Source: Azolla caroliniana
Lineage: Eukaryota; Plantae; Polypodiophyta
Assembly: GCA_043228905.1 (NCBI GenBank)
Contig: JBHGNT010000022.1
Coordinates: 12,028,001-12,092,000, forward strand
Reading direction: 5' to 3'
Length of the DNA stretch: 64,000 nt
Shown: in pieces, positions 25,180-38,870 of the stretch
Position numbering within the stretch: position 1 is the first letter of the stretch
Layout: every line of letters begins with the position of its first letter
Program-made: the position numbers and the translations under genes
The notes under the pieces: generated by a model
Told to the model about the DNA's origin: nothing
Database searches by the model: none
What the model saw: only the letters and a program-made list of their open reading frames with translations

Positions 25180-26370
25180 ATGCCCACAGATGAAGCAGAT
25201 TCCGAAGATGCGGATGCGGATGCGGAATCTGAAGAATCGGAATCTGATATTTCACCCAATCTCAGCCAAGAGATATGGTGCCTTCTCCCAGATGATGCGA
25301 TTGAGAGGGTAATGCTAAGGTTACCTCTGTTGAGTCTTCTTAAGGTTAGATGCGTATGTAAGTCTTGGGAATCTTCCATATCTTCACAAACCTTCACAGA
25401 TCTCTACAACACAAGCTCAAAGCAGAATCCATGGCTCCTCATCTTCCCTCACAACAATGATGATCATGTCTCCACCGTAGGGCTTGCCTATGACCCTTCA
25501 TCAAGGAGATGGTTTGACATACCTTTCAAGTTCTTGCCATTTGAAAGCAAAATTGTGGCAACTGGGGAGGGCTTGCTGTGCATGATACCTCATGGCAAAC
25601 ATCACAATACAGACTGGATTGCTTGCAATCCTATCTCCAAGGTCTGGAGAATCATTCCGAGCCCCCCGGGCCTATTGAAACTGTTCTTCCTTGTTGTTGG
25701 GTTATTCATAGATCGCGACCATGGTGTGGTGGACAAAAGATTCCAAATCGTAATGGCTGGCTCGGAGCTTGTGGCTGATGACTCGGACAGTTTCATTCTT
25801 GTGACCCAGGTCTACGACTCGATGCATGGTACATGGCAGAAAGGTGGGAGCATGCTCCTAGATGTGCCATTGTCCCCATGGAAAGCCACATGTCAGGCCG
25901 TCTTGTACTGTGTCACTGGCTCACCCCCATACAGAGTACTCGCGTACGATGTAAAACAATCCTCATGGTCCCAGGTGAGCGCCCGGATGCCCAACCATCT
26001 CATGTCCGTGCGGCTCATTGATCACCATGGCAGGCTTCTAATGATTGGCGGTGTCGGCCAAACCGAGGACGGTACCACAACCATGACCACGATTCGGATC
26101 GGCATTTGGGAGCTTGATTCGACAAGGACAACTTGGACCCGACACCGTTGGATGCCTGATCAATATTGCAACGATCTCCTGCGCTCACTCTCTCGGAGGT
26201 TCGTGTGCATCGGTCAAGGGAACTTCCTCTTCTTCGGGAATAAAAGGTGCAATGGGATATTGGAGCACAACCTACATGCAAAGTCTTGGCGTTGGATTCC
26301 TCTCAATTCTTTGTTTATAAATATACACTACAATATGCTTAGGGGTTTCCATTTCCAACCAAGTCTGTAG
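25180..26370 (+). CDS. Intronless F-box protein with kelch/beta-propeller-type C-terminus, 396 aa
   Basis: F-box motif IWCLLPDDAIERVMLRLPLLSLLKVRCVCKSW, followed by AYDPSSRRW, GEGLLC, CNPISKVWR, QVYDS...W and AYDV...W, ending FQPSL. Confidence 0.92.
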   Translation: MPTDEADSEDADADAESEESESDISPNLSQEIWCLLPDDAIERVMLRLPLLSLLKVRCVCKSWESSISSQTFTDLYNTSSKQNPWLLIFPHNNDDHVSTVGLAYDPSSRRWFDIPFKFLPFESKIVATGEGLLCMIPHGKHHNTDWIACNPISKVWRIIPSPPGLLKLFFLVVGLFIDRDHGVVDKRFQIVMAGSELVADDSDSFILVTQVYDSMHGTWQKGGSMLLDVPLSPWKATCQAVLYCVTGSPPYRVLAYDVKQSSWSQVSARMPNHLMSVRLIDHHGRLLMIGGVGQTEDGTTTMTTIRIGIWELDSTRTTWTRHRWMPDQYCNDLLRSLSRRFVCIGQGNFLFFGNKRCNGILEHNLHAKSWRWIPLNSLFINIHYNMLRGFHFQPSL

Positions 26371-28287
26371 TCTTCACAAGAGTGTGTGCACATTATGTCA
26401 ATTAGTACATAAAATGTAACAAATGATTTCCCTTTTTGCAATTCTTACCATGGTGTGCCTTGTTGTACATACATTTAATGGTACAGAGATACTACACCAG
26501 ATGTGGTTTCGAGATTTATCTTGTAAAGCCCCTAAACAACCACACCTTCGCTTAGCACCATGTAAGTTGTAGTTGTATAAAGTTACTGGAGCTAATGGCT
26601 CCTGCGTTTCAAGCAAGGAAAAGAATTGCATCTCCATACTTTAGACAGGAAGACATGCCAAAAATCTTCTTGCTGGAGACAGGATTGTGATCTCCACTAA
26701 GATTGGGAGTTCAATTTCTATTCTGACACTCGAAAGTGTCTTAAATGGCACATTATCCCCCCGCTGAGATTAAATACTGGATTGTTGCATTCAAGAAACT
26801 ATTGATTCATTGTATTTGGGAATTGTGGGCAATGTTCAATTCTTTCTACATTGGTTGCTTCACCATATAAATCATCAACTTCCAACTTGCTTTTATCTTT
26901 CTATCAGTTTTGGTCTACTGTTGATTACATGTTTTTGTTTCTTTTGTCTATTACAAACTTCAAAATTACCTTTTCGGACTTCTCATGAGCACCTTTCAAA
27001 TGGAAGACATGGAATAAAATATGAATCCATTATAGACATTGAAGTACAGCTTCACTTCATTCACTTTTTCTCTCTATATGTTACTTGTTTCAGATGTAAT
27101 GTCCACATTATTTAATAGTGAGTATTGATAATCCCAACAAGTTTGCACCATTCCCTTTAAGCAGAATCAGAATATAGACAATTCCCATACACAAGGCAGT
27201 GTTGAAGTGTACATAAGGAATTAGGAAATATGTCCCCTATAAGATGAATCATGATCTTTAGGCTGCACTGTGCCATCTGCTTCTACCAATTTTCACTCTC
27301 CCATGAACAAGTAACCGCTTCCCCAGGGGTTCTAGGAGGCACTATTGACAGAACGATTCAAGCACTAACTCATTATTGCTATTTCACAAGCTCAACTGAT
27401 TATGCAAATAGCCAATTGGTGCTTTGGGTGTCAACCATCAAACTGCCCAACAAGCTTAATCTGATGACAAGTCCTTTGAGAAATTTGACACCAAAAGTCC
27501 TCTATGTGACATTACGCAACATGCACCTAGCTCATGATTGGCAAGTTCACAGGCTCAACTGATGTTGCATGCAAACGAAAATATAATGTTTTGGGGGTCA
27601 ACCATCGAACTGCCCAACAAGATAATTACTTTATCTAAGTCCAATGCAAAGTCCCAAGGGGAATCTAATACAAACACAATTCTATGCTACATCACCCAGT
27701 AATTGGGTGCAATCTGTGTCTCTACATAGATTCCAATTCAGCAACTCTTTGACAATTCTTCTTGGATTGCTTGCTTGTGAGTTTTCTTCTTTCCTTGTTG
27801 GCCATTGATCAATGTCTGAACAGTTTTAATTCATTTGGGAAGGTCATGTGGAGACATGCCCATAACAAAGTTCAGAGAAGATTGTTTCTAGGCTTTAAAA
27901 GGTGGAATTAAACATCTCCTCTTATTATTCTATTCAGATATAATTTTAGATCCCATATCAAAAATAGATGAGGAAATTTATTGCCAACCATACATTGGTT
28001 TCTTGACCAATCTTTTTATGAATGACCTCCCAAAAATGGGTAAGGAGATGTTATGTTGGGAGTTCATGTTAAAGCATCAGAGTAAAAAGAACTCTGATAT
28101 CCACATTTCTTACACTCTTATTTGCTTGTCTTTCATAGTCATATCAAACATAGTTGAACAAGGGTTAAATCCTTTCTTCTTGTTGAAGAAACACACGGGA
28201 AAAATGTAAACAAGTAGGTGGCCCAACATGCCCACACAAATTTGAATAATTCAGCTGATGGGCTAGCCATATTAACATCTTGTTCAT

Positions 28288-31200
28288 TCATTCGTTCCTG
28301 GTTACATCCACCAGGCAGTAGAGATCACCTCGTCTTTGCATTCCAAGCGGAATATTGATCCTGCATTACAGAAACACAAACAAACAAAACCATGAATTGT
28401 AACTCTTACAAAACCACTATCTATGCATCATGTGGATCTTTTGTAAACAATTTTATCAATAAACTCATCCTGAAGTAAATTTCAAATTACTCCAATAAGT
28501 TTATATTTGTTGCAAAGGTGTTCGTTCAGATTTAAAAATGAAACAGATTACATCAGAGAATGTAGTTTTTGTGTATTTGTGTATTTGTGTATGTGATGCA
28601 CACATGCAGGGGATGGCTGTTTTTTTTGTTCGTCCCATTTCTAATTTTCATGGATGCCATTTCCTTAACTCATTATATTGCCTGAGTCAACTTGATGTTG
28701 TATGCTCCACAGATGATACTGATGATGAAGTCTTTGATATTATCTGAAAGTTTCCCACTTCATTTAATTTCGGTAAGGCGGCTTAATTTCGGTAAGGCGG
28801 CTAAGTCCCTTACTTTCTTGCATTTCAATAATACACAACACAGCTGACCCACATGGCAATACTACACATCTAGAGAAATCTGCAGTGGTCTTACAACTCT
28901 TTATCAGGGTAAAACTGGCCTTGTTGAAGGAAAGGATTAGATGTATAAGAATGATTATAGCAACTCACCTTTATAGCAAGTTCATTAGACAGTGATCATG
29001 AAATTCTGGATATTCTTGGAAACCTACCATCTTCATATGATAAAAGGAATTCCATCATGGGAACCATCATAGATGAAGATTCAGACTCCACAGACATGCT
29101 GAATTTGTGCATCCCAAGAAGAAGCTCAGGAGAATGGAAAATCAAAACCTACTGATTTTTTAGATCAAGCATCATTCTTCAGAGAAAGCACAACATGTCA
29201 TAATATAAGGTTACCCCACATATTCATCAGGGTCGATCTTCATCAAATCTGAAAATCACCTATATATCTAACGTCAACAAGTATGATCATCTCATGAACA
29301 CTAAGACAATGGGTGAGGTGGAACTGCCGATTGGAGATGTGCAATGTCAAGTTGGTAATGAAGATTTTAGCTAGACGAGACCCTCAACCAGCAGGTGTTC
29401 ATGTGTGCATCTCAGGTTTCTCGATATCGTCTTTCTTGCTTATGAAGGCTGGAGTGTAGACCACAAGAAGTTTTGTGCCTTCTATAAATGGAAACCGTAC
29501 AAAAACAGATTTCCTGTCAAGGTGTTTCCATCCAGTCGTGGATGTAAGAGCAAAGGATTCCATCAGATCGTGGATGTAAGAGCAAAGGGGGCTTAGTCTA
29601 TGCATTAGAGAACCGTATGGAACAGGCCCAAAAGGATCCCTGAATGTGTAATTGTTACCTTTATAATATCATGATGTAAAGGTTATTATTATAAATCCTA
29701 TGAGTGTATCATATGAACTCTTCTCTTATCAATTCATTAAATCTGTTCTTTTATCCAGTTTGTTTTTTGGTCAAAAGTCTTGGAAACGATTTTATGAGTT
29801 GCTCTTCTCTAGTGCATCCCACCTATAGATGTGAGTCATAAGGATCTTTCAAACACATCACATATTTACCTTTCTTTCTCCCTTAATCAACATTTTGACA
29901 TGTATGACAATGTCATACAAGAGATAATATATGTGCTTCATTCCATTCTCAGTTCATGTGCTGCGCGGGTTCATTTGTCATATCACACGATGAAAAGTGA
30001 GGGAACAGCCCGTATATGGCAAACCTACCTGGAGAAGTAGATTCCACAATTGCAAGCCGTTACATACAATAATTATTTTTTCAGAATTCACATTGTTCGT
30101 TTACCTTCTTTGATCTATTTGTGAATAGTCAATATCAGCAAATACTGTTGCTTCTTCATGGTCTGTTGTTGACACTATCTCCCCGAACTATATGAAAGAA
30201 ATTTACAAGGTTGATCAGAGTAGAAATTCTACCATAGAATACTAAAAATAGAATGAAGCGCAAGTTCTTGACATACAGGGCCAACTACTGTGGAATGACC
30301 CCATGCAACATAGCCTGCATTTGAATCTCTTGCAGGTGAGCAAGTTATCACATACATCTGCAAAATCTCCAATGAAAGTAATAACCGTCATATATAACTT
30401 CTGAATGAACATCTACATAATATCTTTCATATATTCTCACCTGATTATCCACTGCTCTGTATAGAATGTTCGAATGACACATGCAAATGTATGGAAAACA
30501 ATTTCCAGTATATCAGAGATAACAATTAATACACAGAATGCAACTACTTCATGGAGAATTTCTGGTACTTGAATCCATACCTGGCCCTTGCTAAGAGCTC
30601 CCAATGTAGTGGCCCAGTGGTCATATTGAAGGCCCCTGGGTAACAGATCATGTGGGCACCTGTTCAAATGAATAAAATCTAGTTTCAAAACTTGTTATTG
30701 ACTATACACAATAGCTTATGCTGATTTTTTATAGCAATAATGAAGAAAACAAGAAATGGGAAGTTCAAGCAAGCAAAACATCATAAAACTGTATACTCGA
30801 ATTAGATGTGAGCAGTGTTAGAGTAGAATTATGAGTAAGAAAACATGTGACAAACAATGCTGTAATATCATCACTAATCAAAGATCCCATGGGTTCATGC
30901 AGGTTTCAAGTTCTGACGCTAAAATACCCGGAAGAAAGGACTTGATTAGTCCTTACAAAAACTTGCCACTTTTATAGCACTAATGCAATACATATAGTCT
31001 CTACTCATGATGGAAGAAAGGACTTAATTAGTCCTTACAAAAACTTGCCACTTTTATAGCACTAATGCAATACATACAGTCTCTACTCATGATGGATAAT
31101 GCATTAAGCTCTGTAACTTCTTAAAAAGAAAAAAGAAACAGTTGCATACCTCGGGCTGCATATAGCATTGCAAGTTCTTGAAATCGGATGTCATAACAGA

Positions 31201-34200
31201 TTCCAATACCAATCCTGCCAACATCTGCGAAGTTCCTAACACACATTTACATAACATATCCAAATAAATAGCATATAAATAACCTAATGTCCTTACAACA
31301 TAATGTACAAATACTAACAGCTAGCCACGTGCTTAGAATGATTCGTAGTGGTATGATGCAGATATCAGCTTTCATAAAATGTAGTGCTGAATACACTAAC
31401 CATCACATATCCATTCTCTGGGATGTCTTCTTGGATAACTAGCTCTAAATGTGGAGCACAATCAAGTTCACAAAATCTGTGGTAAAATCTATGGCATCCC
31501 TTTGTTTACAAAGAGTTGCGCTGTTCAGACCAGTAGAGAAGCCTATGAAATATTTATAAAGCGTCTGGATAATCAAGACTAAGCATCCTCATAATATAGC
31601 ACACAAGCGAATGAAAAAGACGGTGAAATTTAAATAAGTATATTTTCACTACCTGTATCAACAACAGTTATGCCTTCTCCAGGAGTCAATGTATCCGATT
31701 CCTTAAAGGTCATTTTTCCAGGAATGTCAATATCAAACAAGTGTACCTATTTCGTACACCACCAAAAAAAACATCTATTTTAGTAATAAATACATCCAAT
31801 AGTTTTGAGACCAATTCCTGCAAAATAAAAACTATTCACGCTATTTCCTCTATACATTGATCAAATCTGCCATAAGTCTAAAGAATATCATTAAACAAAT
31901 AAATAAAATCAACCTTTCTGTGCTTAGCCTTTAATTCTCCATCACTTCCATACACACAGCATGTATTATAGAGAGAATTTGCATGCCTCTCTGGTATAGA
32001 TCCACCAATAATTGTCACTCTCTTTCTCTTGGCAACCTCAGAAAGCATTTTCGTTGATGGTGAAGCATCAGGCCCAGCACTAATATCTTCTGCATAAACT
32101 GGAAAACTTGCATTTGTGTATGGACAGTTCCACATCTCCTATTGAAAACAAGGCCCACAAGTTCACTAAAAAAAGGGGTACAAACTCATTAGAAATATAC
32201 ATTGAAATCCCCTTTTTTATTTTACTTGCTCAAATGCCCCTATGTTCCAGCTATTCCCCAAATACCCCTGGTGAATCTAATGAGATAAATTGTCCATGCA
32301 ATTCATCAAATAGCACATATAACTGTTCGCACAGGGGTTGATGAATAGTATTTGGGGAAATAACAAAACGTAAGGAGCATTACGAGAAATAAAACAAAGC
32401 TCAGGTATTTTGAAGTTACTCAAATCATTAATGGTTTAACTTCTGACTCAAATCCTTGCATAAAACTTAAGCTTAATGCTAAGAATACCGGAAGGACAAT
32501 AAGTTTAGCACCATTGTCTGCTGCAGATTCGATCTTCTCCTGTGCATGAGCAATGTTATTATCTTTATCCGAAGTTACTGCAAGCTGGCACAATGCAATC
32601 TTGAACTGCATTGCAACAAAAAAACATTTTTAAGATCTATTATTGATATTATGCATAGAATTCAGGTATTTTGTGTGCATTTCTCTGGATAATAGTTGGA
32701 TGTACAATGATAGCCATTTGTAAAACATTGGATACTTCAGAAGTCACTTGCACGTCATTCAGCTCATGAGCATATCCTCACATACCGTTAAATACGTGAA
32801 TACTGACAGGAACTACGTGTATAGGTAAAACTTTTAGCGATAATAGCTTGCAAAAAAACAAGTAGATTCATTAAAGAAAAATCTTCTCTAAATTATAATT
32901 TGAATTCATACTTACGTACTCTTTAACTCTTGCCATATAGAGAGATCAGACTACACCTTGAACTAAATGTGGTCATGAAAAAGACCAATTGGAAAAACAG
33001 TGAAGGATGCAACAAGCGTTTTGTTAGAACTAATGCCTATAGATGGCATAGCGTTGCTATAGCCCCATCAGCCACGTCGTACAGCAGCAGCTGCTGTCAT
33101 TAGTGATGTTGCCTTGTATTCTTAGGTGATCCTTCATTGGAAACAGCCTTCTCTTGAGCGGTGGCGATCCCCTCCACAATCCACAATCATCGGTGGCATT
33201 GTCATAACAGCATGAGTAATCAACAATCTTTTATTTCCAGTAGCAGTGGGCAATATTTCATTGTCATAGTGACTAGCTAAACAATGGAAAGCCTATGGGT
33301 GAAACTTGTCCACCACTCTGGCAGAAGTATATCTCATTCTTTGCATCTTAGGCTCTGCAGCCTCACTGATTAACAAAGTTTTCTGATCAGGAACTAGCCT
33401 AAACCAGTTAGGCTAGCTCTATATAAAAACATATTTCATAAAAGGTAATAATTAATGAAGACATAAACCAATGTCTCTTCTTCGCCAGGGTCCCATAGTA
33501 GCTTATGCACAGCCCTTAATGGAGGACAGTACAACCCATCTCTACACCCATGCTGCTGCGTGACGCACTCCAAAGTCCAATTGCCATTATCTTACACATC
33601 GCCTTCACACCACTCTTCATCATCATTATGATCACTTTTGATTCGTCAAAGGTGCTCATTTTCTCCTTGCATGTGCATATGCATTTTGATGTGGGTTGTA
33701 TGTGTTTAAATGTAGGTGTAAAACTAATTCACAACACAAAATTTCACGAATCATAGAATTGAGTGTTAAGATATACTTGCACCTTGCATCCATATATTTG
33801 CACATATCTATTTGACAAGTTATAGACAGTAGACACTTTGTACTCCTTAAAAAAGCAAAAGTGTGCAAACGTAGTTAGACACTCATTTTGCACATGAGGG
33901 TGTAGGTATCCACCAATCTAGCTATATAAGTAAGCTATATTATGATCATGACTTTGTATCAGTGTGAGGATATTGTTCCAAAGTTCTGAAGCAGTAATTA
34001 CTATATTGTTGGCAAAGATGATATGGAAAATAAAAACAAAAAACAAAAGTGGAGACACCAAAAATTTGCATAGTTCAGCAAACTTCCTACGCACAGCAGG
34101 TGATTATTATTTCAACAACGAAGAATACAAGTGGAATACATGAAAAAACTCTCAATTCACTCTCAACCTCATTTTTCTACAATATCATTTGGCTTTCACT

Positions 34201-37200
34201 CTCATTCAAACTTAGACATTTGCAAAGCACCTCACAAGCACTAGAGAAAACTTGTTACTCTCAAATCTTTCTCTTCTCCTTGATTCAAGAAGAGATGCCT
34301 AATTATAATCATTTACAAACATAACACGCATGAGACAATTATCTAACATGCAATGGAAACTTGTCTAACAAGGAATAAGCGTATGCCTGAAATGCAATGG
34401 TTTTCCTTTATAGAAAACATTTGGCTTAACTGAAGTCATATTAGGAGCACTAACGATTAGATTGTCCAAGTAGGACATTGAGTGATGCTTTGGTTAATGT
34501 CTTTCCATTAGAACGATGCCCAAGAGCCAAACACCTATGTGATCATCAACGACAGTCATCTAGATATGTGAGAATAACAAAACAAATGTCTTTACTTGCT
34601 GAGATACAATCCGTTAAGACTCAAAACGGCAATGGAACTAACCTACTCATAGAGACCCATTCCTCTTGACCTACTGTCTCCCTCGATTTAGGTCAAACCT
34701 TGAAGGATAGGTCCCTTCTAAAGGATCTTATGTCACCAACACTCAATGGAGAAGAGAAGGAAGCAATAAAGATATGGTTCATATTTTCATCCAAAAATGG
34801 CAAGATTTGCATCAGTTGTGAGATGTGAAGTTGTTTTATCATTACGCAAGAAAGCATTCAGCTTGTGGATGCCTCTAGCCAACAATAGCTAGTGTAGACT
34901 GCTTTCAAAAGGAATTTCTTCCTGAATGAGGACGATCCTAACCGGGTTTTTTAGGATGAGTGCCATACGGAAGACTTGTTCGGACAATATGTTTCCTATT
35001 ACGGGAACATAATTTCCAAGTTGAAAGGAATTATTGAATTTCATAAAGTATGAGGACTTGTACACAAGCTTAATGCGCAACCTTCTGAGGCAAAATCAAA
35101 GACCAAAGACCCTAAGACTTTAGAGGAAGAAATTGATTTGGTTAAAAAAAAGTCAATGATATTTATGAGAAAGTGCCAAGAAAGCCTTTAGAGAAGTCTT
35201 TAACTGCATAGGACATCAAGCGCCAAATTTTCATTCAAAATAGCAAATAACTATTGAGATGATTTAAGGGCCCACATTGAAGTCTTGGAGACCATGGTTG
35301 GGCTGAATAGCAAAATTTGCTCTTCCGTTGTCAAGAGGGTAGGAAACCAGCACACACCATTGAAGAACTGACGTTGGAAAATTCCTAAAGCAAGGAGGTT
35401 GAGGTGCAATACCATTGCCCAAACCACTAATGTTCCATCAGTAAATTCATGTGGAAACCAACATTCAATCCCTGCCATATAGTCAATAACCATGGAATAA
35501 TCAAAGGTTATTGGTACGACACTCATTGATGATGTCACCGCACATAACCTTTTGAACCATAATTTAATTCAACGCTTAAAATTCAAGCAAGTGCCTGGTG
35601 ACCGCAAGTATTAAGTCAGTTTGTGAGAGGCTATGATCCATACATTTAGGACACAGTCACTCTGTCTGCGTAGAGGGCATAATCCGACTATGAAGTTGAC
35701 AGCCCCATCCTTGGAGTTATTAGCACAACACTATAAATTTTGAGTGGAAGAGCAAGAGCATTGTGTTGCATGGGAAACATGAGTTACCAACCCCTCCACT
35801 TATTTGTGAACTCAAAGTTGAACAACTTGATAGATGAGTTAATTTCGTCACAGAAACATGAGAACATGCTCTAAACCTTCTGTCACAAACAGTTTATTTG
35901 TCTGCATAAATTGCATCAGCCACACAATATTAGTGATGAAGAAATAAGATGGAATAATGTGTTTATGCATCGACTAGCATAGCTTGAATCAAGTATCTCA
36001 AGGATTGATGATCTCTTGGATCAATTAAATGATGCCAGATAGTTAACAAGATATACTTCCAGCCAAGATCAACATAAGGTTCATTCTCCAAGACTGACTC
36101 AGACTATATCCCTTAAACTGTCAATCTATTTTTCAATCTTTCACTCCAGCAAGGTCATTGGAACTCAAATAATGCCCGAACAATTTGGAATCTCTTTTGT
36201 TCTGTTAAACAAAATTCTTGCATGTATTAGCGTGCGCAATAAAAGACTTCTCTAAATGCATTCTCTTTCCCATAAAATGCCTACCTCATAGGCATCATTC
36301 CAAAAATATATATCCAACAAAGCATTCATTTAATGTCTCACTTCGACTATTTTCATTTCATGATGCTGCCATAAATATAACCTGGTATATCCCTACACTC
36401 TCTCAAGCAAAATGAGTATGTGCACTATCAAGATGATGCTGTTCTTTTTTTCTTAAGCAATGTAAGTTTGTAGAATTGATATGTTCATAATTGACTGACA
36501 AACATATACATGCAAATTTGCAAATATAATGAAATTTTGTTTGTGAATTAATTTGCACCAAATAAACTACTGGTTACATGCACCTAAATGCATAAGCATA
36601 CACAGAAAGAGCACAAGGATCTAGCTCAAAACCATACATCTGGCAAATATTGCATATCCAGAACTGAATCACAACAGATGATTGTCAAATACGAATGTCT
36701 TTCAAAACAACTAAATCTCCACCAAGTCAATGATAGCAACACAAAAGAACTAAAAGGATGGTGTCAATAATGATACAAAAGTGCAAAAAGAGGCATTTAA
36801 GGCTGTGCTTGAAATTGCCACAATAAGATTTTAGAGTGTCACTTTAATGGCGACATGATATTAGAGATGGGTGGGAAAGACCTTGATTAAGGTGGGGCAA
36901 AAACCTAGATTAAGGGCCCCAACAATTTCAATTAAGGCAGCAATAGCCTGTAGATGATGCACATTGCTCCAAACACAGCGTGATGGGCTGACTTTCAGCA
37001 TTTCCATAAAGAAAATCGAAAGGAATTTGATTGATTCTTATTCGTTGTTGGGATGCATGGATAGATCTATTGCTTCCTCAAAGAACTGTAACCGCCATGT
37101 ATTCTCACATGTTCCAAGTGCTTCAGTCCTAGAGTAACCAGTTTCCCACTTATCCTACCTTTAAAACCATTGAATTTCCTAATGCTACGTCCACAGCAAG

Positions 37201-38522
37201 ATTTATGTTATGCATGATCATTATGCTTGTGTGAATCATTATTCATGAAAAGCATAACCAAATTTTGGATTTTATATTACTAAAATCTATATTCTCAGAT
37301 CTTCTAAACATCATAATGAATATTGAATCGCATGAAATAAGGGATTCATGTCATGTATAAGCAAACTATTCAACTTTTTTGTTATGTTGAATATTGATAT
37401 AAATGTCACAAAAGGATAAAACTTGATGAAAATCACAGACTTGCAAAAAGATGACCAACATAAGGCCAGCTTACAAAGTGGACACTTTTGTGTAGAAAAA
37501 TGATAGCAATGTTCACAAATACCGATATGGTTAACTGAATAAGTAGAAAAACCTAATCATGTGATTGGTTAGTCTGATGAAAGATTTGGGTCCAATTTTT
37601 GCAACAAATTGTTGCATCATGATAGTACCAAGGGAAAAGTACCATGATGCCCCTGGAAGTTCGTCTATTTACCAGAATGCCCCTAGAAGTTCCAAATTTA
37701 CCAAACTGCCCTTATGTACAGGGGTATCCTGGTACTTTTCCCTAGTACCAATCCCCTTTTCCAGGATTCCTGCCGTGCCTTGTGGATTCATCCTAAGATA
37801 TTCATATCTTGACATATATACATCTACAAATAAATAACCATATATATGGCTACAGATTGTTGCTGATGGATTGTTTTGGGTCTCAGGGGTGCAAAGACTG
37901 CTTATTGATTTATTTTTCTTGCACCATACATAACCACATATATGCATACAGATGCATACAGCATCTGTATACATATACATACATGACCACATATACGTTT
38001 TACTTTGATACATACACATATGAAAACACACATATATTGCTTGTCTATGAATAGCTGTAACGCTAATGCAACAAAGATAAATAATGCCGAAACAAATAGA
38101 AAGCTGGCAATGGAGGTAGAACCAGATCCTCGGTGAAGGAAAAACATAAGAGGCATGCATACACAGAGACATGAAATTAATTGTTCAAGGGAAAACGGAT
38201 AGATCAGAACTGAAATATTCATTCACTTACAGATTGTTGGGATGAATAGGGGAACGATTACCTTTCCATCAAAGGAGGGAGGAGGGAGAGGGAGGGAGGG
38301 TGGGGACCGAGAGGAGAGGGCAGAAGCCATGGTGGCGAGGTTCCTGCGAGAAGAAGAAGAAGAAGAAGAAGAAGAAGACGGCGGCGATGGCGATGAAGAA
38401 GAAAGCCGAGACGGAGGGGTTCGATTCGTGGACTTGGAGATCAAACGGGCAAGAAACGAAGAAGGAAGGGAAGGAAGAGGAAGAGGAAGAGAGCAGGTGT
38501 GAGCTATGGCGGTCCTGAGCAT
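28288..38522 (-). CDS. NLP3: Omega-amidase (NIT2/NLP3, carbon-nitrogen hydrolase) with N-terminal transit peptide; exons 38262-38522, 32489-32605, 31914-32138, 31653-31746, 31150-31224, 30581-30659, 30441-30456, 30277-30357, 30105-30187, 28288-28360 (367 aa)
   Basis: [17 protein letters not shown] (catalytic E), [21 protein letters not shown] (K), GICYDIRF (C), [28 protein letters not shown] and QRRGDLY. All nine introns are GT-AG and phase-consistent. Ser-rich exon 1. Confidence 0.93.
30930..31095. repeat. ~83-bp tandem duplication in an intron
   Basis: GGAAGAAAGGACTT...CTACTCATGATGGA occurs twice. Confidence 0.8.
34600..36120 (+). mobile_element. Highly decayed Ty3/gypsy remnant in omega-amidase intron 1
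   Basis: Protease-like LIDDVTAHN at ~35520 and RT-like [14 protein letters not shown] at ~36000. Boundaries are approximate. Confidence 0.55.
37632..37742. mobile_element. 111-bp Mutator-like MITE
   Basis: TIRs GGGAAAAGTACCATGATGCCCCTG / CAGGGGTATCCTGGTACTTTTCCC and a perfect 9-bp TSD TAGTACCAA. Confidence 0.88.
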
Positions 38523-38676
38523 GGTCTCTCTCTCTCCCCTGCTCCCTGCACATACTCTACTACATACTGCCCCCTGTTCTCCTTACAAAAGCAAAAAAGC
38601 AGAAAAGCAAAACGCAAAAAGCAAAAAGCAAAAAGGCGGAATACAAAATGCATGGAATCCCCACCCACCTAGAGCT

Positions 38677-38870
38677 TAGCAATGGGCCCGGTTTCGGCTT
38701 AAAACCGAACTGAACCGTTAAACCATGGTTTAAAGGTTTATAAGTTCCAAAATAATTAAATGGTTTGGTTTGGTTTGGTTTTAATTAATAATAAGCGGTT
38801 CGGTTTCGGTTCGGTTTGGTTTTGAAACTAGGGTTTATAGGTTTATAGGTTTATAGGTTTATAGGTTATA
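38677..38870. mobile_element. Partial AACCG-rich hAT MITE upstream of the omega-amidase, followed by (ATAGGTTT)n
   Basis: Same GGTTCGGTTT/AACCGAAC motifs as the other MITEs; only one end is recognisable. Confidence 0.5.

Noticed and set aside
29399-29605. Short ORFs in the last omega-amidase intron as a nested gene
   Set aside because: 68 aa or less, contain a local 30-bp duplication, and show no motif I can identify.
38242-38553. Plus-strand Glu-rich and Lys-rich ORFs
   Set aside because: Antisense or other-frame readings of the (TCT)n Ser-rich transit-peptide exon of the omega-amidase.
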